A stretch of DNA of 53,255 bases, from the NCBI GenBank assembly GCA_964632315.1, contig CAZWEM010000031.1, forward strand, positions 1-53,255, written 5' to 3'. Below the pieces are notes generated by a model, which saw only the letters and a program-made list of their open reading frames with translations, made no database searches and was not told the origin of the DNA. Position numbers and translations under genes: made by a program. Source of the DNA: an uncultured archaeon (GTDB lineage: Archaea; Asgardarchaeota; Lokiarchaeia; Sigyniarchaeales; SOKP01). Every line of letters starts with the position of its first letter. The first letter of the stretch is position 1. Positions 18,755-27,285 of the stretch are shown piece by piece.

Positions 18755-19930
18755 TTAAGATAATATTAAAGAATCCGCTTCAATTTTTCCATTTAAATTA
18801 TTTTCATTTATTAATTCAGCTAAAATATCTTCCAGATGCTCAGGCAGATTTAAAATTATTGAAGTTGGAATGCTATTCTTAATATCTGAGATCTTAATGA
18901 TGGTTTTTCCTTGATTAGCAAATAAATATCTAAAAATCATGCTTTTACATTTTTCTTTATTCATTTCCGCCTCTTGTTTTCGTTTTAACTCCATCATTTC
19001 AGTTTCTTTTAAGCCTCCAATTTTGCCTTCTTTAGTTAATTTTCCATCTCTCATGTGGAAAACTCTTGTCGCAAATTCAGAAACCGCAGCATCATGACTC
19101 ACAGCAACAAATGTTGCCCCTTTACGATTTAAGTCTCTCAATAAGTTTAATATCATAACTCCTGTTTTTGAATCAAGATCACCTGTAGGTTCATCCAGAA
19201 CACAGATAGCTGGATCATTTGCGAAAGCTCGAGCGATTGCTACTCGTTGTTGTTCACCTCCGCTTAACTCTGACGGTGTGTGATGAGCTCTTTCTTCCAA
19301 TCCGACAAGTCTTAATAAATCCATCCCTCTTTTTCTTTTCCCCCTCCTGCTTAATTTTCCTGAAAAGTGTAATGGAACAAGCACGTTTTCTAAAGCTGTC
19401 ATTTGAGGGAGGAGGTTATAAAACTGAAATACAAATCCAATATTCTCTCTACGTATCTCAGCTAAATCATTGTCATTTAACATTGAAATATTCTTGCCTT
19501 CCAGGAATATTTTTCCCCGAGTAGGAGTATCAAGACCTCCAATTAAATTCAACAGAGTAGTCTTACCTGAACCAGAGGGGCCCATTATGTCTACAAAATC
19601 CCCCTTATCTATAGTAAGATCCACCCCGCGTAGTGCAGCTACTGCTGTTGTTCCTAGCAAGTAGGTTTTATGTAAATTCTCCACCTTTATTAAATGATCA
19701 TAGGCAGATTTACCTAGTTCCTCAATTGAAGCTTTTTGGTGTGCTCTTTTTTTTTCTTTTCGTGATAATGTTAAAAATTCTTCCTTCTCTTTTTTTTGTT
19801 CTTCCTTTCTCTTGCGTTCTTGCCACTTTAAAAAATTCTTGCTTATCTTTCCCCTCCAAACAGCTAATTTTCCAGTATCTTCTTCATATTCTTCCATTTC
19901 TATAGTTTTTTTAATTACTTCATTAGTCAT
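18755..19930 (-). CDS. ABC ATPase, LolD/MacB family, with charged N-terminal extension and C-terminal winged-helix-like domain
   Basis: Walker A GPSGSGKTT, GFVFQFYNL, signature LSGGEQQRVAIARA, Walker B VLDEPTGDLD, H-loop VSHD; about 75 extra aa at the N-terminus and about 90 at the C-terminus. Confidence 0.93.
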   Translation of the reverse strand: MTNEVIKKTIEMEEYEEDTGKLAVWRGKISKNFLKWQERKRKEEQKKEKEEFLTLSRKEKKRAHQKASIEELGKSAYDHLIKVENLHKTYLLGTTAVAALRGVDLTIDKGDFVDIMGPSGSGKTTLLNLIGGLDTPTRGKIFLEGKNISMLNDNDLAEIRRENIGFVFQFYNLLPQMTALENVLVPLHFSGKLSRRGKRKRGMDLLRLVGLEERAHHTPSELSGGEQQRVAIARAFANDPAICVLDEPTGDLDSKTGVMILNLLRDLNRKGATFVAVSHDAAVSEFATRVFHMRDGKLTKEGKIGGLKETEMMELKRKQEAEMNKEKCKSMIFRYLFANQGKTIIKISDIKNSIPTSIILNLPEHLEDILAELINENNLNGKIEADSLILS

Positions 19931-20120
19931 ACAAATATCAACTCGTAGTTCAATATTTAAAGAGACGAAAATCGAAAGTTAATGATTGAAATTACTCTAA
20001 TTAGATTAATTGAATCATCTGAAAATTTTAAACATTAAGTTTCTAATTGGATAGAAAAATTGATTCTAACTTTATATTATATAAAAATTCTTTACTTGCT
20101 CCAACTTTATCTTAGATATT

Positions 20121-20258
20121 CTAAAACACTTCGAGATATGTGTTTTTCTGCTTGTTATAGAGAACTATTAATGCTTTCCTTGATAAATCGAGATTTTTAA
20201 AATGATAATTAATCCTTTCTTGAAATGTTTCCAACTTAAAATCAGAATCATTAATCAT
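20121..20258 (-). pseudogene. Possible remnant of the N-terminus of an RNase III-family gene
   Basis: MINDSDFKLETFQERINYHFKNLDLSRKAL resembles the RNase III N-terminal L..LE..LGY.F.N..LL..AL pattern. The frame stops after 45 aa and further stops follow. Confidence 0.4.
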
Positions 20259-20319
20259 ATTAAAACAATATGATAAAATTGAGAAAAATTTAAAAATTTG
20301 AAGTTGATAAATAAAATAT

Positions 20320-20745
20320 ATGGAAAAGCAGAAAATCGAGAAAATCTTATCGAAAATAAGAACTATCGAAAATGAAAATGTTGAACTTGACCAATTCATA
20401 TCTGAAATGGAGGTTCCTAATAGAGATAAGATACTAGAAGAAATTTTGCTAGATATAATAAGATCTAACATACTTTTTCAATCATTAGGTATATCTCAAG
20501 AAATACTTTCGAAAAGTCAAGCGATTGAACCAGAATCATTGCAAACAGTAATTAATAATTTACTCGCTAGTATAAGAAAAATGCCAAGTAAAAAAGTAAT
20601 TGTTCTAAGATCGTTTCTTGAGAGATTCGAAGAGATTTCTGAGCAAGATAAAAACGTTATTCTCCAATCACTTAAGGATGATGATTATGATGATATTAAA
20701 GAAAAAGTAATTTCTCTAATTAATGCTTTTAAGTTAAAAGAATAA
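20320..20745 (+). CDS. Hypothetical all-alpha protein
   Basis: 141-aa ORF with ATG start and amphipathic helical composition; no motif recognised. Confidence 0.7.
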   Translation: MEKQKIEKILSKIRTIENENVELDQFISEMEVPNRDKILEEILLDIIRSNILFQSLGISQEILSKSQAIEPESLQTVINNLLASIRKMPSKKVIVLRSFLERFEEISEQDKNVILQSLKDDDYDDIKEKVISLINAFKLKE

Positions 20746-20750
20746 AGAAT

Positions 20751-21173
20751 CTAACTTGGTTCTTCAGTTTTTTCATCTAAAATGGCGAACAAATCTATTA
20801 AGGTCATAACATTCTTCATGCTTTTCATTTTTATTTTTCTTGTAATCAACCATTTTACGAGAAATGAACTCGTGCTGATTTTTCCCATTCCAAAATCTAA
20901 AAATAAATTAGTTGTCATTTCAAGCTTTCCGTCCCATCCTAAGACATCTTTCTTCAAATCTTCTTTTTCTTTATTGGGAATACCTTCGACATTTATAATA
21001 CCATTATCAATAGTTATAAACGCGGCATATCTGCCATCTGTTGCATTTAGAAGCAGTTTTATTGAACTATCTTTATATTTCTGCTGAAATTTTTCTTTTT
21101 CATTCAAGGGCATTAATTGTGAATATATAACTCCTGCAAACCCTCGTGGCTTCTTTTTTTTTTCTTCAGACAT
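20751..21173 (-). CDS. SCP2 (sterol carrier protein 2)-like lipid-binding domain protein
   Basis: Strand-rich I.IDNG.I.V, then D.KLEM....FLDF..GKI....KWL..RKIKMK pattern typical of SCP2 folds; GGAG upstream. Confidence 0.6.
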   Translation of the reverse strand: MSEEKKKKPRGFAGVIYSQLMPLNEKEKFQQKYKDSSIKLLLNATDGRYAAFITIDNGIINVEGIPNKEKEDLKKDVLGWDGKLEMTTNLFLDFGMGKISTSSFLVKWLITRKIKMKSMKNVMTLIDLFAILDEKTEEPS

Positions 21174-21369
21174 TTTATTTACTCCATCTAATTTTGATCT
21201 TATAATTCAAGTTAAATCTTAAAACAATAAAAACTTTTAATCTATTTTTTACAAAAAAAAATAATCTTGAAAATTCCTAAATTTTCATTTTATGAAAATT
21301 CCTAAAATTAGAAGATAAAGTGAACTACAAATGTCTTCTCGCTTTTAAGTAAGCGACTATACCCAAACA

Positions 21370-21621
21370 CTAATAACTGTCCATTTCTGATCCTGAAAAG
21401 AATTCCTCGAATGCTTTCCTATCCTGTGCAGAAATACGATCGTTCTTCATGACTTCCTTAACAACTATCGGAGCAGATTCTTTTTCATCGTGCTTTATTT
21501 TCTTCACGATTTTATATTCTTCTGTCTCTTTATCTAGCTCGAATTCCTGATTACAAGCCTTACAATAAAGCTTCTTATTCCGAGGTATCAAGATATTATC
21601 ACAATTAGGACAAAATCTCAT
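21370..21621 (-). CDS. TFS/RpoM-like protein, N-terminal zinc ribbon only
   Basis: MRFCPNCDNILIP...YCKAC matches the RpoM/TFS N-ribbon. No C-terminal ribbon or acidic ADE hairpin. GGTGA Shine-Dalgarno upstream. Confidence 0.75.
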   Translation of the reverse strand: MRFCPNCDNILIPRNKKLYCKACNQEFELDKETEEYKIVKKIKHDEKESAPIVVKEVMKNDRISAQDRKAFEEFFSGSEMDSY

Positions 21622-21916
21622 TTTCGTGTATCACCTTATTCCTTGCCTTTAAAGTTTACCTTTTTGTAGTTTTTTTATAATTCAGAAATAAAAAAAATAA
21701 ATAAACCTTATAAATTTATTGTAATCCTATTTTTATGTGATGTTCAACCAAGTATAAAAACTTAATTATAAAAATGTTAATGATCCGATATTATCTTGAA
21801 AAATTACATTTGCTTATAATTTATGCGTTTTATTACAGTGAGTATGATAGACTTACCACGTTTCTAATTTAATTAAATAGACTTTTATATAAATGTGAAT
21901 TGAGTATATAAGGATT

Positions 21917-22657
21917 ATGAGTAAAAATTCTAAAACTCCCTTAGTTATTGCTCATAGAGGAGCTAGTAATATTGCACCCGAAAATACTCTAAAAGCATTT
22001 CAGAAAGCTATAGACCTGAAAGCTGATTTTATAGAGTTCGATCTCCAACAATCAAAAGATAAAGAGCTTGTAATAACACATGATGAAGATCTTTCGAGAT
22101 TGACTGGTTATAGAAAAAACTTAGAATCTTTAACTTTAAAAGAGCTTAAGGAATTAGATTTTGGTGAAGGCGAAAAAATACCAACATTCAAAGAGTTAAT
22201 TAACTTAGTAAAAGGAAAGATAGGGCTAAATTGTGAAATAAAAGTTCCAGAAATTGCAGAAAGGACCATTGATTTAATCAAATTTAATAACCTCATTGAT
22301 TCTACAATTATAAGTTCTTTTCTACATGAAGAATTATTAATAATTAAAAGAATAGAACCTAAGATCAAAATTGCTGCATTAGTACCCATTTCAGGGGTAA
22401 AAAAATTAGACTGGATAGCAAAACAAAAAATGATCGGCTTTTGCATCGAAAATGGTTTCTATGCAATAAATCCTTTAGTTATGATGGTCGATCAGCAATT
22501 TGTTAATTATGCTCATGACCATGGTATTAAAGTATTTCCATGGATTGTAGACATCAAAATTACTATTAAAAAAATTTTAAAGTATGGAGTAGATGGGATT
22601 ATAACAAATGATATTGAACTTTTACAAACAATAATAAATGACTTTAAAAAGAAATAG
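21917..22657 (+). CDS. Glycerophosphodiester phosphodiesterase (UgpQ/GlpQ family)
   Basis: IAHRGAS..APENT, EFD, VITHD, EKIPT, EIK, ISSF, GVDGIITN. Confidence 0.92.
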   Translation: MSKNSKTPLVIAHRGASNIAPENTLKAFQKAIDLKADFIEFDLQQSKDKELVITHDEDLSRLTGYRKNLESLTLKELKELDFGEGEKIPTFKELINLVKGKIGLNCEIKVPEIAERTIDLIKFNNLIDSTIISSFLHEELLIIKRIEPKIKIAALVPISGVKKLDWIAKQKMIGFCIENGFYAINPLVMMVDQQFVNYAHDHGIKVFPWIVDIKITIKKILKYGVDGIITNDIELLQTIINDFKKK

Positions 22658-22699
22658 TCGATCAATTTGATTAACAAAAAAAAAAAGAAATAACTAGTA

Positions 22700-24049
22700 T
22701 TATTTTTCCCAATCAAAATCGAGAGTTATTAGCTTTTTTGTGTAGAAATAAGCGATGATTAAAAATATTGTACATATAGGACCCCAAATTACATAACCTA
22801 CAGAATATGACACTCCTCCCACTGGTGGTAGAAACTCTAAGATAAAACCTAACAGCGTAGTTCCAAGGGCTTGGAATATGTTTAGTAATATACTTGGAAA
22901 TCCAATATATATCCCTGCCAATAATTCACCAGATGTTTTTTCTTGATCTTCCGCAAGATCTGCATAATAGATATATGGGAAGAGCCCCCAACCAGCCATT
23001 ATTGCAGCTATACCTAGAATAAAGATTATTCCGAAAATAAGGTTTATAGGTGAAGTGAGTGGAATAAATCCAATCAACGTGAGTAGTAAGAAAAACATTG
23101 CAAATTGAAATACATTCAACAATGTTTTTTTTTTTCCATGGTTATCTATTCTTTTTCTCCATAACATTACAAAAATTATGACTCCAACAAGTAAACAAAC
23201 AGCAGCAATGAGATATTCTAAAGTACCAAACCTCAATACAATTTGAATATAATTTAACATTACCGTTGTCATAATAATCCATGCAAATGAGGCTATTCCT
23301 TGCATCAATGTGACTAATATATAATTCTTATGTTTGAAGATAGTTATAAGATGTTCAATATAATTTGAATCTATCTTATGATATGGCTCGGTGGGCATAA
23401 CATAAGCACCAAAATAATAGAAAACTATTAGAAGTACTGCAAAGATAATCACAGTGATCAAAAATTCTGGGGGAATAACAGAAGGATTTGCTTCGATCTG
23501 ACCCTGTACATTTGTTAATACCAAGAATGTAAACAATAACATGATGGCTTGACCTATAATGTTGTATATATTTTGTGTTTGAGAAACCCTTGGTCTATCT
23601 TCTACAGAAAATTGTTCAGGCATCCAAGCTTGATATACTGTAGTATAGGAATAGGAAAATTGGAAAATACCATCGAAAGTAATTAGCCAAATAAATAGAG
23701 TAGTTTGTGAGGGATTATTTAGTATTAAATAAGGTAGTAATACAAAAACAAATGAGATAGCGTTTATTGGGGCAAGTATGTAAACATATGGTTTTCTTCT
23801 ACCCCATTTCGTATATTTTCCATCACTTATCCAACCTAAAATAAATTGGCCTGCTGCAATTGAAATATAACCTACACCGATTCCAATTCCTACCAATGCT
23901 TCACTAACATTATAAGCCAAAGTATATAGGAAAAATAACGCGAATCCAACTGTTCCTAAGAGTAATGAAGATGCGATTCTTGGAATCGTAAATGCCAATC
24001 TCTTAGTTCTTATACTTCTCTCTTTTAACTGTATATTTGATTCTGTCAT
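22700..24049 (-). CDS. MFS transporter, GPH/MelB-like (MFS_2) family
   Basis: About 12 TM segments; GWISD..TKWGRRKPY loop; YADLAE. Confidence 0.85.
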   Translation of the reverse strand: MTESNIQLKERSIRTKRLAFTIPRIASSLLLGTVGFALFFLYTLAYNVSEALVGIGIGVGYISIAAGQFILGWISDGKYTKWGRRKPYVYILAPINAISFVFVLLPYLILNNPSQTTLFIWLITFDGIFQFSYSYTTVYQAWMPEQFSVEDRPRVSQTQNIYNIIGQAIMLLFTFLVLTNVQGQIEANPSVIPPEFLITVIIFAVLLIVFYYFGAYVMPTEPYHKIDSNYIEHLITIFKHKNYILVTLMQGIASFAWIIMTTVMLNYIQIVLRFGTLEYLIAAVCLLVGVIIFVMLWRKRIDNHGKKKTLLNVFQFAMFFLLLTLIGFIPLTSPINLIFGIIFILGIAAIMAGWGLFPYIYYADLAEDQEKTSGELLAGIYIGFPSILLNIFQALGTTLLGFILEFLPPVGGVSYSVGYVIWGPICTIFLIIAYFYTKKLITLDFDWEK

Positions 24050-24176
24050 TTTAATTCAATTTTTTAATTTAAAGTTAGTCATAACTTTGATTAAATTAGT
24101 ATTTAAAGCTATTCTTCCAAATGAACTTGCTTCAAAAGATTTATTTATTTTTTGGAGTAATTATTATTTAATTCAT

Positions 24177-24902
24177 ATGAAGTCGCAAGATTTTCTAACT
24201 ATTTCTCATAAAGGGGCTGGAAATTATGCTCCCCCTAATACGTTAAAAGCAATACAAAAAGCAATCCAATATGAAGCTGATTTTGTTGAAATTGATGTCC
24301 ATAAAACTAAAGATGATAATATCGTATTAATCCACGATGCTAAAATACAAAACTCTTCTGGTGGGTGTGAAAATATAAGAGATATGGCTTTAGAACAAAT
24401 AAAGAAAATTAATGTTGGAGAGGGTGAGAAAATTCCAACCTTAGAAGAAGTCATCCCAATAGCAAAAAATAAGATTAATTTACAGATTGAGATTAAAGCA
24501 GAAGGGATGACAGAAAATTTGGTGAATCTATTAAATCAAGAGGATCTCAATGATAGTTCGATAATTAGCAGTTTTTCGTTAATTGAGTTAATCAAATTAA
24601 AAAAGAAAGCGCCTTATATAAAAATCGGATATCTGTTTCCCGCAGAAATGAATAATATCCGCTTAATCAAACGAAATATAACAAAAGCTTCTAAAAACCA
24701 TTTTTATGCTGTCCATCCTCATTTTAGTGTTATTACTGAAGAGATTATTCAGTTCTCAAAAAAAAATAACTTACTCGTAAATGCTTGGACAGTAAATGAC
24801 AAAAATTCAATGATGAATTTAATTAAAATAGGAGTAAATGGAATTATTACGGATGAAATAATGTTGCTTAAAAAATGCTTACATGAACTATCTTTCTCTT
24901 AG
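24177..24902 (+). CDS. Glycerophosphodiester phosphodiesterase paralogue (HKG variant)
   Basis: ISHKGAG..APPNT, EIDVH, LIHD, EKIPTL, EIK, ISSF, WTVN, GIITD. ATG 24177 preferred over the track's TTG at 24087. Confidence 0.88.
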   Translation: MKSQDFLTISHKGAGNYAPPNTLKAIQKAIQYEADFVEIDVHKTKDDNIVLIHDAKIQNSSGGCENIRDMALEQIKKINVGEGEKIPTLEEVIPIAKNKINLQIEIKAEGMTENLVNLLNQEDLNDSSIISSFSLIELIKLKKKAPYIKIGYLFPAEMNNIRLIKRNITKASKNHFYAVHPHFSVITEEIIQFSKKNNLLVNAWTVNDKNSMMNLIKIGVNGIITDEIMLLKKCLHELSFS

Positions 24903-25000
24903 TTCTGATTATTTAATGAATGAATTATTTGATTGCAAGTGCTGCTAAATTAATTTATACTATACAACTTTTTATAATATATTCAAAATAAGAATGAAAC

Positions 25001-25729
25001 GTGAGTGGTATGGTAAATTTAAAACCCTTAAAAATAGGGCATAAAGGAGCAAGTCTAATCGCTCCGGAAAATACTTTGTTGGCATTTCAAAAAGCTATCG
25101 ATTTGAATGCTGACTATGTCGAATTTGATCTTCATTTGACTCGAGATAATAGGATTGTAATATGTCACGATTCCGATACTTTAAGAACCACTGGTAGGAA
25201 GAAGATAATTAAAGAAACAACCCTTCGAGAATTACAAGATTTAGATGCTGGACAAGGTGAAAAAATACCTACTTTAGATGCTCTTATTGAGTTATCTAAG
25301 GGAAAATTGAATCTGCAACCCGAAATTAAAGCTCAAGGAATGGCTGAATTGATGGTGGATATGTTTAAAAGAAATGGTTTAATTGATACTACAATCATTA
25401 GTAGTTTTGACATTACTGAGTTGATAAAAGTAAAGACTTTGGAACCAAGGATAAAGATCGGATATTTAATTCCGGGTGAAATAACACGAATAAATTTACT
25501 TAAACATTATATACGTAAGGCTTTGAAGAATGACTTTTATGCCATCCATCCGCATTATAATTCATTAACCCCTGAAATTGTGAATATTGCACATGACAAC
25601 GGTTTGAAGATTAATGTATGGACTGTAAATGATGAGAAAATAATTAGAAAACTCATTAAATTTGGTGTTAATGGGATTATCACTGATGATCTTACTTTAT
25701 TAAATAAAGTCATCGAGGATCTTTTTTAA
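25001..25729 (+). CDS. Glycerophosphodiester phosphodiesterase paralogue (HKG variant)
   Basis: IGHKGAS..APENT, EFD, ICHD, EKIPTL, EIK, ISSF, WTVN, GIITD. Confidence 0.9.
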   Translation: MSGMVNLKPLKIGHKGASLIAPENTLLAFQKAIDLNADYVEFDLHLTRDNRIVICHDSDTLRTTGRKKIIKETTLRELQDLDAGQGEKIPTLDALIELSKGKLNLQPEIKAQGMAELMVDMFKRNGLIDTTIISSFDITELIKVKTLEPRIKIGYLIPGEITRINLLKHYIRKALKNDFYAIHPHYNSLTPEIVNIAHDNGLKINVWTVNDEKIIRKLIKFGVNGIITDDLTLLNKVIEDLF

Positions 25730-25792
25730 GAAAATATTTTAGTCAAATTTCATTAAATAATGTATAAATATACGAATTTAAGAGTTTAGATC

Positions 25793-27271
25793 ATGATAGA
25801 ATCAAATGAGTTTTCCATCGATTATACTCCCCTATTTTTTCCAAAAAATATAGGAATTATTGGTGCAAGTAAGGATCCAGCAGGTGGAGGCTTTTTTTTC
25901 CGTGCGATGAAAGATAAATTTCGTGGAAAGATCTTTTTATTCAATCCAAATCTAGCTGGCCAAGATTTATTAGGAGAAATTGTTTATTCTTCAATCCTGG
26001 AAATCTCTGAACAGATTGATTATGTTATTCTTGCGGTTCCTGCGCATATAGTCCCAAATCTATTAGGAGAAATCGGGCAAAAAAATGTACCATTTTGCAC
26101 TATTTTTTCTTCTGGGTTTCGAGAGGTAGGAAATGAAGATCTTGAGAAAAAAACTCTGGAAGTTGCTCGTAAAAATAATATTCGCATAATTGGTCCAAAT
26201 TGCTTGGGAGTTTATAATCCGAAAGGAGGATTATATATTAACTTCGAGCAATCAAGAAAAGCGGGGAACTTTGGAGGTATATTTCAATCTGGTGGGATAG
26301 CGCAAAATATATCTCAACTCGCGGTTTCCTACGGCCTTTATATTTCAAAATTTGTCTCAATTGGAAATGCACTGGATCTCTCTCCCGCTGACTTTTTATA
26401 TTATTTTAATACGGACGAGTATACAAAAATTATAGGATTATATATCGAAAATTTACGTTCTATCGCACAGGGAAGAAAATTCCTAAATGCAATGAGAGCA
26501 TGCAATTTAAACCGTAAACCAGTTATTTTATGGCGAGCTGGATATGGAGAGGCCACGAAGAAGGCTATACTATCTCATACTGGTGGTTTAGCAGGAAACA
26601 ACCGGATATGGGAGGCGGTAGGAAAACAAACAGGGAGTTGCATAGTGAGAAACTCCAACGAATTAGCAGCCTTAGCGTCCGCATTTAACTTGGCACATTT
26701 ACCTGAATCTCGAAATGTTGGAGTTATTGGAATAGGAGGAGGATCCACTATTGAAGCACTTGACATTTTGGAAAAACATAATTTAAAAATCCCTCCACTC
26801 TCAGAAAAAACTGTAGCAAAAATGAGGAGATTTATGCCAGATGTTAATACAAACCTTACCAACCCTATAGATCTTGGAGGGATGGGAATTCAACCACATA
26901 TCTATTATAGGACGATTCTTGCCTTACAAAAAGATGCAAATATCTCAGCAATAGTATTTATTAAAGATCCAGAGAGATTTGGAGATTTTGAAGATATTCT
27001 AGATGAATTAGGATTTTATAATATGGATCTTAATAGAGAATTCATAAGGTACATCTCTAAAGCTAAAAGTGTTAGCACGAAACCAATGTATTGTGTAATG
27101 TTAAAAATTAATGAGGGATTTGAAGAATATAAAAGTAGGTACAAGTTTAAATTGAAACTCTTGAATCGAAATGTCCCGGTTTTTGAATCATTAGATCTTG
27201 CTGGATTGATTCTCGATAAAGTGAATTCCTATAGGGAATTCTTACAAAAACATGAGAAATATCCTAAATAA
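25793..27271 (+). CDS. ADP-forming acyl-CoA synthetase alpha-type subunit (CoA-binding + ligase domains)
   Basis: IIGAS, SSGF.E.G, RIIGPNCLG, QSGG, SIGN..D, phospho-His motif SHTG, NPIDL. Confidence 0.88.
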   Translation: MIESNEFSIDYTPLFFPKNIGIIGASKDPAGGGFFFRAMKDKFRGKIFLFNPNLAGQDLLGEIVYSSILEISEQIDYVILAVPAHIVPNLLGEIGQKNVPFCTIFSSGFREVGNEDLEKKTLEVARKNNIRIIGPNCLGVYNPKGGLYINFEQSRKAGNFGGIFQSGGIAQNISQLAVSYGLYISKFVSIGNALDLSPADFLYYFNTDEYTKIIGLYIENLRSIAQGRKFLNAMRACNLNRKPVILWRAGYGEATKKAILSHTGGLAGNNRIWEAVGKQTGSCIVRNSNELAALASAFNLAHLPESRNVGVIGIGGGSTIEALDILEKHNLKIPPLSEKTVAKMRRFMPDVNTNLTNPIDLGGMGIQPHIYYRTILALQKDANISAIVFIKDPERFGDFEDILDELGFYNMDLNREFIRYISKAKSVSTKPMYCVMLKINEGFEEYKSRYKFKLKLLNRNVPVFESLDLAGLILDKVNSYREFLQKHEKYPK

Positions 27272-27285
27272 TATTATTATAACTC

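Noticed and set aside
4133-19930. Interpreting the ABC + S8 protease operon as a bacteriocin/lantipeptide export or anti-phage ATPase-protease system
   Set aside because: There is no precursor peptide or modification enzyme. The ATPase is a LolD/MacB transporter type rather than AAA+, and the protease has a signal peptide and membrane anchor, so it is extracellular.
20259-20471. 5' part of the 116-aa minus-strand ORF 20121-20471
   Set aside because: It is mostly antisense to the 20320-20745 gene and Ser/Phe/Ile-rich like a shadow frame; only the portion from ATG 20258 looks protein-like.
21330-21372. TAG readthrough of the TFS-like gene to restore a C-terminal ribbon
   Set aside because: Readthrough gives CLGIVAYLKARRHL*, with no CxxC pairs or acidic hairpin.
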